A stretch of DNA of 51,323 bases, from contig JABDBB010000001.1 in NCBI GenBank assembly GCA_013288845.1, positions 1 to 51,323 on the forward strand, in the 5' to 3' direction. Positions 1 to 9,374 of this stretch are shown here, piece by piece. Under the pieces are notes generated by a model. That model made no database searches and was not told the origin of the DNA. It saw nothing but the letters and a program-made list of their open reading frames with translations. A program made the position numbers and the translations under genes. Source of the DNA: Chlamydiota bacterium. GTDB taxonomy: Bacteria > Chlamydiota > Chlamydiia > Chlamydiales > Criblamydiaceae. Each line of letters starts with the position of its first letter. Within the stretch, counting starts at the first letter, position 1.

Positions 1-35
1 GACAAACTCTGTGTTCAATTTCTTATAACTTAAGT

Positions 36-50
36 TTATAATTTTCAATT
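36..50 (+). promoter_or_regulatory. Putative -10 region upstream of gmhA (TATAAT at 37-42) inside the 15-nt motif TTATAATTTTCAATT
   Basis: Perfect TATAAT lies ~70 nt upstream of the gmhA start. The identical 15-mer recurs at 12073-12087 upstream of iolB. No convincing -35 seen. Confidence 0.3.
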
Positions 51-113
51 TGTCAAATAAACCTTTTTTTTGTAGAGTTGCAGAAAACGCCTCTTCAATA
101 GGATATACCGACT

Positions 114-734
114 ATGCAATCACAAATTATTTCCGCAATCGAAGACAGTATTCACGCTACAACTACCCTTAAAAGTGCTTCTTCCGTTGAATTCATAGAA
201 GAAACTTCTAATCTTATTGCAGAAACATTTACTAACGGAAATAAAATCATTATTGCAGGTAACGGAGGAAGCCTTTGTGACGCACAGCATTTTGCCGAAG
301 AGTTGACAGGATTCTTCCGAAAGTCTCGTAAAGCATTACCTGCAATTGCATTATCAGAACCCGGACACATCACTTGCGTAGGAAATGATCTTGGATTTGC
401 CCATATTTTTTCCAGAGGTGTAGAAGCATACGGAAAGCCCGGCGATATTTTTATAGGTCTGACAACCAGCGGCAATTCTGAAAATATTATCAACGCAATG
501 GAAACAGCAAAGAACAACGGACTCAAAACAATCGCTTTTCTCGGAAAAGACGGGGGGAAATTACTTGGCTTTGCCGATTTAGAATTGCATATTCAAGGCT
601 TTTCCACTTCAGATAGGATTCAGGAAGCCCATATGGCTGCTATCCATATCATTATTGAAATGGTAGAATACATTCTTTTCAACACCGGTAAATCTCACGA
701 AAAAATCGGGGAGACCTTGGCTTTGGCGAAATGA
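114..734 (+). CDS. gmhA: Phosphoheptose isomerase (SIS domain, GmhA/DiaA family)
   Basis: 206 aa. Motifs IIAGNGGSLCDAQHFAEEL, GLTTSGNSENII and QEAHMAAIHII are typical of sedoheptulose-7-phosphate isomerase. Confidence 0.85.
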   Translation: MQSQIISAIEDSIHATTTLKSASSVEFIEETSNLIAETFTNGNKIIIAGNGGSLCDAQHFAEELTGFFRKSRKALPAIALSEPGHITCVGNDLGFAHIFSRGVEAYGKPGDIFIGLTTSGNSENIINAMETAKNNGLKTIAFLGKDGGKLLGFADLELHIQGFSTSDRIQEAHMAAIHIIIEMVEYILFNTGKSHEKIGETLALAK

Positions 735-831
735 CTGACCGGCAGCTTATTAGCATTAAATCCTCCTTTTGTGTTATCCTTACCGGAAACCTGAAATACT
801 TCCCGTTTTGAAGGAATAATTCAAAAAAGGA

Positions 832-1953
832 TTGATCAAGCAAATGCTAGAGAGAGCAGAAAATTTTTTTTTACAATTTGTCAGAAGGGAGAGAGAAAAT
901 ATACGTAGTTATTTTCTTATCTTTGCGTTGACTCCCCTCTCTTGGATTTACGGAATATATGTCGCATTGCGGAATAGCGCCTATGATTTAGGACTTTTGC
1001 AATCCCGTCCTACACCCGGCCATACTGTCATTAGTATAGGCAATCTTGTCATAGGAGGAGCAGGAAAAACTCCTGTCACCATGATGCTGACCTCCGAGCT
1101 CATCACCCGATTTCCTTTGGCCATCCTTTCGCGAGGATATAGATCTCATGCCGAGGACCTCAATACCCCTTTAGTTCTGTCTGACGGAAAAGGACCTCAA
1201 TATCCTCCTAATCTTGCCGGAGATGAACCTTTTCTCCTTGCAGAAAATTTTCCGACAGCCTTTGTGATTGTCGGGAAGAATCGAAGACGCGCCGTGAAAG
1301 TAGCCATGGAAAAAGGTGCCCAAGTTATTTTATTAGATGACGGCATGCAACACAGACAGCTTGCTCGTGATTTAGAAATCGTCGTGATGGATGCCAATGA
1401 TTCCCCTGAAAAAAGCAAACTTCTCCCTTTGGGATTTTTTAGAGAAGGGCTCTCCTCTTTAAAACGTGCGGATTTAATTATTTTGAATCATCTGACCTCG
1501 CCGGAACACTATGCTTCGGCCTCAAAATTTATTGCGAAATACACAAATGCTCCGGTAGTAGGGACACAAGCCAATATCACTACCGTTCTCGGAGAAGACA
1601 ATCTGCCGATCGACATCAAAAATAAAAAAGTCGGTATTTTTTGCGGAATTGCCAATCCGAAAAATTTTGAACAGACCTTACGTTTACACGGAGTCGAAAT
1701 CGTCGCCGAAATTTATTTAAAAGATCACGGACATATTGACGAACACTCTCTTAAACTATTTGCCGAAAAATGTAAAAGTCTGGGCGCGGAATATATTGTA
1801 TGTACCGAAAAAGATAAAGTTAAATTATCCGTTCCTTTGCAATCGGCCATTCCTTTAGCTTGGATAAAAATCCGACTGGAAATTAAAGAAGGTGCTATTC
1901 ATTGGAATGAATTTATAAAAAAAACAATAACATTAGTAAACAGAAATAAATGA
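832..1953 (+). CDS. lpxK: Tetraacyldisaccharide 4'-kinase (lipid A biosynthesis)
   Basis: P-loop GNLVIGGAGKTPV, plus LSRGY and LDDGMQH motifs. The track start is TTG at 832. ATG at 844 (12 nt after AGGA) is the more likely start. Confidence 0.85.
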   Translation: MIKQMLERAENFFLQFVRRERENIRSYFLIFALTPLSWIYGIYVALRNSAYDLGLLQSRPTPGHTVISIGNLVIGGAGKTPVTMMLTSELITRFPLAILSRGYRSHAEDLNTPLVLSDGKGPQYPPNLAGDEPFLLAENFPTAFVIVGKNRRRAVKVAMEKGAQVILLDDGMQHRQLARDLEIVVMDANDSPEKSKLLPLGFFREGLSSLKRADLIILNHLTSPEHYASASKFIAKYTNAPVVGTQANITTVLGEDNLPIDIKNKKVGIFCGIANPKNFEQTLRLHGVEIVAEIYLKDHGHIDEHSLKLFAEKCKSLGAEYIVCTEKDKVKLSVPLQSAIPLAWIKIRLEIKEGAIHWNEFIKKTITLVNRNK

Positions 1954-2023
1954 CCGGATACTCTCATACACACCTCCACGGATTACCGGAAGAGACGAGT
2001 AGAGAACACTTACGGAGATATAA

Positions 2024-3271
2024 ATGAAATTATGGATTAAAATTCTTATTGCCATGGTCCTTGGAGTGATCACCGGAGTCCTGATGACTGCGGGGGGATA
2101 TGATACAGCAATATTCAAGCCTATCGGCGATCTTTTTTTACGCCTGATCAATATGATCATCGTTCTTCTTGTTTTATCATCAATGACCATCGGGATCACC
2201 AGTATTCACGATCCGCAAAAATTGGGTAGGGTCGGATTAAAAACACTTTTTATTTTCCTTTGTACGACAGCACTCGCGATTGTCATCGGAATCTCCGTTG
2301 CGACAATTTTTCGTATCGGAAACGGAATGGGGCTCAAGTCTACAACTGAAGTCATTTTAAGAGAAACTCCCGCTATGGGAGAAATTATACTGCAAATTAT
2401 TCCGTATAATCCCATTGCCTCCCTTGCAGAAGGAAATGTCCTTCAAATTATTGTATTCGCATTATTTTTAGGAATTTCCATCAATTTTGCGGGGGCACGC
2501 GGCAAACCTTTGCTTGAATTTTTGGAGTCTCTGGCAGACGTCATGTATCGCATGACATCGATCATCATGGAATTTTCTCCTATCGGAGTATTTGCCATCA
2601 TGACCTGGGTGACCGGTACATACGGATTAGAAACGCTCTATGAATTAGGATATTTTCTTGGTGTATTTTATTTTGCCTGTATTATTCATCTCATTATAGG
2701 TGTTTGCGGTATTTTGTATTTTTTAGCCAAGTTAAATCCCCTTCCGTTCTTTCGCGGCATGGGAGATGCCATTATGCTGGCATTTTCTACGAGCAGCAGT
2801 TCGGCCACATTGCCTGTATCGATGCATTGTGTGCAGGAAAATTTAGGAGTAAGCAAAAATATCACCCGATTTATTTTGCCGTTGGGATCGACAGTGAATA
2901 TGAACGGAGCTGCTTTATTCCAAGGTATGGCCGTTATTTTTATTGCGAATGCTTATGGAATTGATTTGGGATGGCAACAGATCCTTACGATTGTGATTAC
3001 CGCTACATTATCGGCGATAGGTGCGGCGGGAATTCCCGGAAGCGGATTTATCATGCTTTCCGTAGTTTTTAGGTCAGTCGGACTTCCTATTGAAGGCCTT
3101 GCCATTCTGGCCGGTATTGACAGGATTCGCGAGATGGTCTCTACGATTTTGAATGTATTGGGAGATGCTGTTTGTGCGGTGTATGTAGCTAAGCAGGAAG
3201 GCGAGCTGAATGAGCAGCAGTACTATCATGAGGATCTTGTAGAGATGGAAAATCCGGAACCTGAGTTATAA
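2024..3271 (+). CDS. Dicarboxylate/amino acid:cation symporter (DAACS, GltP/GltT family)
   Basis: 415 aa and polytopic. Family motifs AFSTSSSSATLPV and PLGSTVNMNGAALFQGMAVIFIA. Confidence 0.85.
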   Translation: MKLWIKILIAMVLGVITGVLMTAGGYDTAIFKPIGDLFLRLINMIIVLLVLSSMTIGITSIHDPQKLGRVGLKTLFIFLCTTALAIVIGISVATIFRIGNGMGLKSTTEVILRETPAMGEIILQIIPYNPIASLAEGNVLQIIVFALFLGISINFAGARGKPLLEFLESLADVMYRMTSIIMEFSPIGVFAIMTWVTGTYGLETLYELGYFLGVFYFACIIHLIIGVCGILYFLAKLNPLPFFRGMGDAIMLAFSTSSSSATLPVSMHCVQENLGVSKNITRFILPLGSTVNMNGAALFQGMAVIFIANAYGIDLGWQQILTIVITATLSAIGAAGIPGSGFIMLSVVFRSVGLPIEGLAILAGIDRIREMVSTILNVLGDAVCAVYVAKQEGELNEQQYYHEDLVEMENPEPEL

Positions 3272-3291
3272 CAAAGTATAAGAGGTCATTG

Positions 3292-3497
3292 AATTCGCGC
3301 AGCGTTTGGAGTGCGGTGACTCGTCACCGCTTTGCCCTCGACTCGACTTGTCGAGGCGGTTTAAGCGTTATTTTGTGTTTATAGATATTCAGAAATTTGT
3401 TCAAAGATTAGTTCTCTAAGTTTTTAAAAACGCATCGACAAGTCGATGCGAGGGCAAAGCGGTGACAAGTCACCGCACTCCAAACGCTGCGCGAATT
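3292..3497. repeat. MITE-like palindromic element, copy 1 (~60-bp terminal inverted repeats, AT-rich ~75-bp core, no ORF)
   Basis: Left arm CGCGCAGCGTTTGGAGTGCGGTGACTCGTCACCGCTTTGCCCTCG is the reverse complement of the right arm CGAGGGCAAAGCGGTGACAAGTCACCGCACTCCAAACGCTGCGCG. Near-identical copies lie at 18460-18656 and 36852-37054. It sits between the convergent gltP-like and icd genes. Confidence 0.9.
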
Positions 3498-3511
3498 ACA
3501 TTCCTCTTACC

Positions 3512-4960
3512 TTATTTTCCTTGCGGGGTGCTGAATCCGGGGACACCGTCAAAAATGCATAGATTTTCCGTATGGATAAAATCGATGCCCGCTTCTACCA
3601 TTTTACCCAGCAGTCCGGCAATTTGTTTATGGCTGACAGCTCCCCCTTTTTCTTTCGACATATAGCGACAGCGCCATTGATCGATACAAAAAGTTTCCTG
3701 CATTGTTTCGGGCCAGACTCTTACCCCTCTGTTTCCTATTTCCGTGAGGATAAGTTCTTGAGATAGAGAGGATAATTTTTTTTGCATGGATTCGACCGAT
3801 TCATTGGCGTCGATAAAGACATCTACTCCGACAGTTTTTTTATCCGATTTTTTTCCGGTTGCTTTTGCTGTGTACAGTTTCATTTTTTCGGGGGAAGCGT
3901 CATATTTGACAGATTTCAGACGTTCCGGTTTTTTTCCCAAACGATCGATAACTGCTTGGCCGAATTCTTTTGTGCCCACCAATTTTTTGCTGATGCCGTC
4001 TTTAAAAATATCGTAAGTGTGGACTCCGTCTTCTATTGTTTTGAGCCATGCGTTGTGGATATTTTCCGCTGCAGTATTTTCTCCTAAGTGAACAAGCATG
4101 AGGACGCTTGCGAGGATTAATCCGGAAGGATTGGCTACATTTTGTCCGGCACGTCTTGGGGCGGATCCGTGAATAGCCTCGAACATGGCGCCGTGTTCCC
4201 CGATATTTGCGGAGCCTGCAAGTCCTACAGAGCCTGCAATTTGCGCAGCCACATCGGATAAAATATCTCCGTATAGATTCGGCATGACGACTACATCAAA
4301 CATTTCGGGGGTATCGGCCAATTTTGCTGCGCCGATATCGACAATCCAATGTTCATTTTCGATAGTCGGATATTCGTGAGCGATTTCCTCAAAGATTTTA
4401 TGAAATTGCCCGTCGGAGAGTTTTAAGATATTGTCTTTTGTGAAGCACGTGACTTTTTTTCGTTTGTTTGCTTTAGCGTATTCAAAGGCGTAGCGGATAA
4501 TTTTTTCGCAGCCCGGTCTGCTGATGATTTTAAGAGCGTGAACAGTATCTTCGCTTTGGCGATATTCTATACCTGTGTAGAGATCTTCTTCATTTTCCCG
4601 GACGATGACAACATCCATACCGGGGTGCTTTGTACCGATAAAAGGGGCGTAAGCCACACAGGGACGCACATTTGCGTAGAGACCGAGGGAAGTTCGCACG
4701 GTGACATTCAGGCTTTTAAATCCGCCGCCTTGAGGAGTTGTGATGGGAGCTTTGAGAAAGGCCTTTGTGTTTCTGATGGTGTCCCATGTTTTCGGTTGAA
4801 TTCCTGCATTTTCTCCGCTTAGATAGACTTTTTCTCCGATTTCCACTTTATGAATTTCAAGATTAGCTCCTCCCGCCTCTAAAATACGTAACGTTGCTGC
4901 CATAATTTCAGGGCCGATTCCGTCCCCTTCCGCTACGGTGATAGGAATTTTTTTTGTCAT
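3512..4960 (-). CDS. icd: Isocitrate dehydrogenase, long form (~340-aa isocitrate/isopropylmalate dehydrogenase core plus ~140-aa C-terminal extension)
   Basis: 482 aa. Motifs ITVAEGDGIGPEIM, NLYGDILSD, GSAPRRAGQNVANP. The length and extension resemble the ~480-aa IDH class known from alphaproteobacteria/Rickettsia (from memory). Confidence 0.85.
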   Translation of the reverse strand: MTKKIPITVAEGDGIGPEIMAATLRILEAGGANLEIHKVEIGEKVYLSGENAGIQPKTWDTIRNTKAFLKAPITTPQGGGFKSLNVTVRTSLGLYANVRPCVAYAPFIGTKHPGMDVVIVRENEEDLYTGIEYRQSEDTVHALKIISRPGCEKIIRYAFEYAKANKRKKVTCFTKDNILKLSDGQFHKIFEEIAHEYPTIENEHWIVDIGAAKLADTPEMFDVVVMPNLYGDILSDVAAQIAGSVGLAGSANIGEHGAMFEAIHGSAPRRAGQNVANPSGLILASVLMLVHLGENTAAENIHNAWLKTIEDGVHTYDIFKDGISKKLVGTKEFGQAVIDRLGKKPERLKSVKYDASPEKMKLYTAKATGKKSDKKTVGVDVFIDANESVESMQKKLSSLSQELILTEIGNRGVRVWPETMQETFCIDQWRCRYMSKEKGGAVSHKQIAGLLGKMVEAGIDFIHTENLCIFDGVPGFSTPQGK

Positions 4961-5059
4961 GACCGATCCTTATATAATAATTTTCCTTTAAAAGCTTGAG
5001 GGTAATATACCGGTAATTTAAAATCCACATATCATGAAAGCTCGAACCGGAAGAAAAAA

Positions 5060-6058
5060 ATGCTAAAAGAATTGTTGGATCACGGGCAAACACACTTGCT
5101 GAAAGAATTGCTGGATCGCGAGCATAAGCATTTGAACTACTTTTTTAAGCACATTGATCTTGATGCCTTTGAAATGCTTTTTACTGTTTTGAAAAACCGG
5201 AAGGGAGTCATTATTCTGACAGGCATCGGTAAAAGCGGGTTAGTGGCAAAAAAAATTGCGGCTACGATGACCTCTACCAATACAGGGGCTATTTATATCT
5301 CTCCTATCAATGCTTTGCACGGTGATCTTGGAATTGTAAGGAAAGATGATATTTTTATTTTTTTGAGTAAAAGCGGAGAAAGTGAAGAGTTATTCACTAT
5401 CATACCCTCTCTTCGCAATAAAGGAGTCACGCTGGTTGCGGTAGTATCTGCCCCTACGAGCAGGCTTGCGAAGGTTTGTGATCTTGTATTCCATTTACCT
5501 CTGCAAAGAGAGTTGTGTCCTTATAATATGGTTCCTACGACATCGACAACGATCCAAATGATATTCGGCGACATCCTGTCGATTGCCCTTATGGAACAGA
5601 ATAAACTATCTTTAGATGACTATGCGTTGAATCATCCTGCAGGAAGTATAGGGAAAAAAATCACACTGAAAGTTCGTGATCTGATGATTGTCGGAGAAAA
5701 TCTTCCTCAGTGTAAACCGGACGATACTTTGTATGAAAAGCTGGTTGAGTTATCGAATAAGCGATGCGGTTGTATCCTTATTATCAATCCGGATCGAACT
5801 TTAGCCGGTATTTTTACTGACGGCGACCTTCGCAGAGCATTGCAAAATTTCGGGTCGGAAGCTTTGAATAAAAAAATGAAAGAGGTGATGAGTTTGCGTC
5901 CCCGGACTGCAACGCCTGAATTATTTGCAGTCGATGCCATAAAAATGATGGAGTACACGCATAAAAATGAGATTTCCGTTCTCCCTGTGTTGAATGAAGA
6001 CAAGCAGGTATTAGGTCTGATTAAGCTGCACGATATTATTCAATCGGGCATTTCTTAG
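5060..6058 (+). CDS. kdsD: Arabinose-5-phosphate isomerase (SIS domain plus tandem CBS domains; KdsD/KpsF/GutQ family)
   Basis: 332 aa. SIS motifs GIGKSG and SKSGESEE, followed by two CBS-like segments (GIFTDGDLRR, VLGLIKLHDI). Confidence 0.85.
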   Translation: MLKELLDHGQTHLLKELLDREHKHLNYFFKHIDLDAFEMLFTVLKNRKGVIILTGIGKSGLVAKKIAATMTSTNTGAIYISPINALHGDLGIVRKDDIFIFLSKSGESEELFTIIPSLRNKGVTLVAVVSAPTSRLAKVCDLVFHLPLQRELCPYNMVPTTSTTIQMIFGDILSIALMEQNKLSLDDYALNHPAGSIGKKITLKVRDLMIVGENLPQCKPDDTLYEKLVELSNKRCGCILIINPDRTLAGIFTDGDLRRALQNFGSEALNKKMKEVMSLRPRTATPELFAVDAIKMMEYTHKNEISVLPVLNEDKQVLGLIKLHDIIQSGIS

Positions 6059-6062
6059 AGGT

Positions 6063-6602
6063 TTAAAAGGAAATTTTCATAAAAGCACGGCGGCTAAAAT
6101 AAGGAATAAAAAGATCACATCCATATTTTGTTCTCGATTGATTTTGGTATTGTTCCATGGGAAACTTTCTGTCGTGAACGATGATTTTTTCGTCACCGGC
6201 TTTTTTAAGGTATACTCCGATCCCGTAATTATCCCCTTTTTCTATGTAGTCTAATTTTTCTATCATCTTTAAAGGAATCGTATAAATCTGATTGCCGTTT
6301 TGCATATATTGTATATATTCATCCTGAACCAGAAGAAGTTCATCCGGTTTTGTTTCCATTCGGGATAATTTTCTGTAGGGAATCAGCCCTTTAGCGATTA
6401 AAGTTCCTGCCACAAGAAGGATGGGTGTGCCCCAATAGACCATATAATCGGGGGGGATATACATGCCTGCTAAAGTGAGGATAATCACTCCTGTGCCTGC
6501 CGATAAAGTCCCCAACAAAAGAAATTTTCTCAATACCGGAAGTTTTACCGTGCTAAAAACAGTGATTGAATCTTTCATGAGAGCTCCTTTCTTTATGACC
6601 AT
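6063..6602 (-). CDS. Hypothetical membrane protein with one bilobed hydrophobic domain (two adjacent TM segments), Inc-like architecture
   Basis: 179 aa. The hydrophobic block LLLGTLSAGTGVIILTLAGMYIPPDYMVYWGTPILLVAGTLIAKGL is followed by a soluble C-terminal part. No family recognised. Confidence 0.5.
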   Translation of the reverse strand: MVIKKGALMKDSITVFSTVKLPVLRKFLLLGTLSAGTGVIILTLAGMYIPPDYMVYWGTPILLVAGTLIAKGLIPYRKLSRMETKPDELLLVQDEYIQYMQNGNQIYTIPLKMIEKLDYIEKGDNYGIGVYLKKAGDEKIIVHDRKFPMEQYQNQSRTKYGCDLFIPYFSRRAFMKISF

Positions 6603-6671
6603 TGAAACAAAATAGGAATTAATATAATACTGATTCTAAACCACCTATTTTTTTATTCGGAGAGTTCCCGT

Positions 6672-7889
6672 ATGATTTCGACAGTAATTACCCTTGTTAT
6701 AGCGGCACTTCTTTTCTTCGCCCCGGGAGAAAATCTTTGGGGTCATCCGAGTGCCATATTTTTTATCATAACGGCGGTTAGTATTTCATCAATTTTTTCT
6801 CTTTTCGGAATCATCGGCCTGTCGTTATTCGGATCATCGTTACAAAAATCCGAGCAAAAAATTACTCCCGGAGTGATTGACCTGTATTTACACGATCCGC
6901 GTATACGCATAGGGAAAATGCTTCTTACCCTTTTTTTTCCTGTAACTCTTTTTTTATTAGTCTTGTTCTATCGCTCTGATTTTTTACATCCCGTATATTA
7001 TATAGCGATATGGATCATTTATTCCGGAATTGCTCTCGATGCTTTGCGCTATTGCTTCTCTAAAACGGCACGTTATTCAGATCCCGTTGCCGTCATCGGA
7101 ATGATGAATGAGCAGAGTCGAAATTTTACAGGAGAAGCGGATTTTTTTAATCGGATAGAAAATTTTTCTGAAATTGCGTATAAGGCAACCGATCGAATGA
7201 GCCTTGGCGTCGGTATCGCGGCGATAGATTCTTTTTATACCACCTGTCAGAGTTATTTAGAAAAAATAAAGAAATCGTCGGAAAAAAATTCTCCGGATAA
7301 AGAAGGAGTTGGTTATTTTTTATTTTATCTTTTTGAACGGATGGAACTCATCAATAAAAAAGCACTCGGAGAAGGGATAGAACCTATTTGCAGTAAGCTC
7401 ATCACCACACTCGGAAAAATTGCATTGGAGTGCAATAAATATGATTCTGCTTTCACCGGATTCCCTTTACGGGAAATAGAAAAATTCTCGTTTGAAGCCG
7501 GACAATCGGGAATGGGAATTGTGCGTGAGAAAGGCACCTGTACTCTGTTAGAAACAGCAAAAATTATGTTGGAACAACATGATATTCACTATGTGAATCT
7601 GAAAGATCCGTTTTTTTGTATGCTCAGCATCTTGGAAAAAATTGCACAATCATCATTTCGTGAAGATAAATCACAAAATATTTCGCTTTTAAATCAGCCT
7701 TTCCGTGAGTTAAAAGCTTTGGTAGAAAGTCCGAAGCTTGCAGAACATAAGGATAAAGGACCTTTACTTGCTGAGATAGGGAGGATTATCGATCAATTTG
7801 AGCAATTGGAGATTGTGATGCGGACGATTCCGCCGGTAGCTATAAAGAAGGATAAAGATGATGCGCAAAAGGAGACCGAAAAGTCATGA
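6672..7889 (+). CDS. Hypothetical membrane protein (about 4 N-terminal TM segments, ~270-aa soluble C-terminal domain)
   Basis: 405-aa long ORF with paired hydrophobic segments at the N-terminus. No recognisable domain. Confidence 0.5.
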   Translation: MISTVITLVIAALLFFAPGENLWGHPSAIFFIITAVSISSIFSLFGIIGLSLFGSSLQKSEQKITPGVIDLYLHDPRIRIGKMLLTLFFPVTLFLLVLFYRSDFLHPVYYIAIWIIYSGIALDALRYCFSKTARYSDPVAVIGMMNEQSRNFTGEADFFNRIENFSEIAYKATDRMSLGVGIAAIDSFYTTCQSYLEKIKKSSEKNSPDKEGVGYFLFYLFERMELINKKALGEGIEPICSKLITTLGKIALECNKYDSAFTGFPLREIEKFSFEAGQSGMGIVREKGTCTLLETAKIMLEQHDIHYVNLKDPFFCMLSILEKIAQSSFREDKSQNISLLNQPFRELKALVESPKLAEHKDKGPLLAEIGRIIDQFEQLEIVMRTIPPVAIKKDKDDAQKETEKS

Positions 7890-8499
7890 ATTCCCGAGAA
7901 ACAGGATGACGGATTGTTAAGGCTGTGTGTTTCAATGCGATTTCACCGGCAGGCAGCGAATGTTTTGCTCCGTATTTGAGATCTCCCGCTACAGGACAAC
8001 CCGATGCAGAAAATTGCGCCCTGATTTGGTGATATCTTCCTGTGATCAGATCGATTTCCACAAGAGTCCGGCCTTTTTCCGACTCCAAAACTTTATAATG
8101 AAGAATACATTTTTTTGCCCCTTCAGCATGTTCCGAGCATATTTGTGCTTTAAATCGATCATGGATGAGGAAATGTTCTAAAGTCCCCTCTTTTTCCGGA
8201 GGAGAATTTTCTAATAATGCCCGGTAGATTTTTTTGCAGTCTTTATTTCTTATGGATTCATTTAATCGGGAGAGAGCTTTATCGGTTTTGGCAAAAAGGA
8301 CGATGCCCGAAACCGGTTTATCGAGCCGGTGAACGGCGTGTAAAAAAACGTTTCCCTCTTTTTGTTTTTTTTCTTTGATGTATTGTTTACAGAGATCTTC
8401 CAAGCTATCCGAATCGGATCCGTCCGGTTGTGTGAGGAGTCCCGATGATTTTTCTATGACTAACAGATGATTGTCTTCATAGATGATCGATTCGATCAT
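7840..8499 (-). CDS. RluA-family pseudouridine synthase
   Basis: Catalytic motif HRLDKPVSGIVLFAK and GRYHQIRAQF. The start ATG overlaps the upstream stop (ATGA at 8496-8499). Confidence 0.85.
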   Translation of the reverse strand: MIESIIYEDNHLLVIEKSSGLLTQPDGSDSDSLEDLCKQYIKEKKQKEGNVFLHAVHRLDKPVSGIVLFAKTDKALSRLNESIRNKDCKKIYRALLENSPPEKEGTLEHFLIHDRFKAQICSEHAEGAKKCILHYKVLESEKGRTLVEIDLITGRYHQIRAQFSASGCPVAGDLKYGAKHSLPAGEIALKHTALTIRHPVSREFMTFRSPFAHHLYPSL

Positions 8500-9374
8500 C
8501 TTTTTTTGCCCCGTTGACGAAGAGCTTCATACATCAGAAGAGTTGTCGCCATGGCAACATTTAGAGAGTCAGCTGTTCCGCACATCGGAATGCGCACGCA
8601 TATATCGGCTTCGTCCATCCACAATCGGGAGAGACCCAGCTGCTCCGTTCCGACGGCGATAGCCAAAGGTAGAGTCATGTCGATATCGGTGTATTCCGCT
8701 TCGGCATGAGGAGTAGCCGCCAAAATTTTTATCCCCTTCTTTTTTAGAAAGGCGATGGTTTCTTTACTCTCCGCTTCGATAACCGGAACGGTAAAAAGAG
8801 TGCCGACACTTGCCCGGACAACATTCGGATTATGGATATCGGTGCAGCGATCGCACACAATGAGAGCATCTAAAGCGACAGCATCGGATGAGCGTAAAAT
8901 TGTTCCCAGATTTCCCGGTTTTTCAATCGCCTCTGCCACAACCAAAAAAGGGATGGGCTTTTCTGCCAAAATTTTTTCCAGATCTTGCAATGAAGAGGAG
9001 TAATGAGGAGCAATCGCAATGAGACCGTCCGGTCTGTCACGATAGGACATCTTGCGAAATACCGGTTCGGAACAACGCAATACCGGAACACCCTTTTCGG
9101 CAATTCGTTGAATGAGCGCCGGTTCGTTCGATCCCAAAAATAATTCGGGACAAATAAAAAGGGTCTCCATTTCTCTCATTCCGTCACAGGCACGTAAAAG
9201 TTCTCTGTATCCTTCGATGGGGAATAATCCCAATGAATCTCTATCGCGCCGGTCTCTCAATTTGACTACAAGTTTTATCTTTGGATTTTGCAGAGAATTG
9301 ATAAAAGGGTATTCAGTCTCCACAATACCACCTCGCGAAGGTTCCGCTCGGCAAAGGCAAAACATTCTTTTCAC
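8496..9374 (-). CDS. TrmH/SpoU-family RNA 2'-O-methyltransferase
   Basis: Motifs NPKIKLVVKL (N-terminal substrate-binding domain), EKPGNLGTILRSSDA, IPMCGTADSLNVAMA. The start is uncertain: GTG 9374, ATG 9365, or GTG 9323, which would shrink the overlap with the upstream gene. Confidence 0.8.
   Translation of the reverse strand: MKRMFCLCRAEPSRGGIVETEYPFINSLQNPKIKLVVKLRDRRDRDSLGLFPIEGYRELLRACDGMREMETLFICPELFLGSNEPALIQRIAEKGVPVLRCSEPVFRKMSYRDRPDGLIAIAPHYSSSLQDLEKILAEKPIPFLVVAEAIEKPGNLGTILRSSDAVALDALIVCDRCTDIHNPNVVRASVGTLFTVPVIEAESKETIAFLKKKGIKILAATPHAEAEYTDIDMTLPLAIAVGTEQLGLSRLWMDEADICVRIPMCGTADSLNVAMATTLLMYEALRQRGKKR

Noticed and set aside
3462-3665. 67-aa ORF starting inside the MITE arm and running antisense into icd
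   Set aside because: It begins within the repeat element and overlaps the strongly supported icd gene on the opposite strand.
5060-5125. Direct repeat at the 5' end of kdsD encoding LLKELLD twice
   Set aside because: It is a short local duplication in a poorly conserved N-terminal extension. The true start may lie downstream, and I assign no functional significance to it.
7840-7889. Recurrent ~50-bp convergent 3' overlaps (7840-7889, 19679-19731, 43757-43804)
   Set aside because: I considered antisense regulation. Each case is more simply explained by unconstrained C-terminal tails running to the next chance stop in AT-rich DNA. Nothing in the sequence supports a special mechanism.
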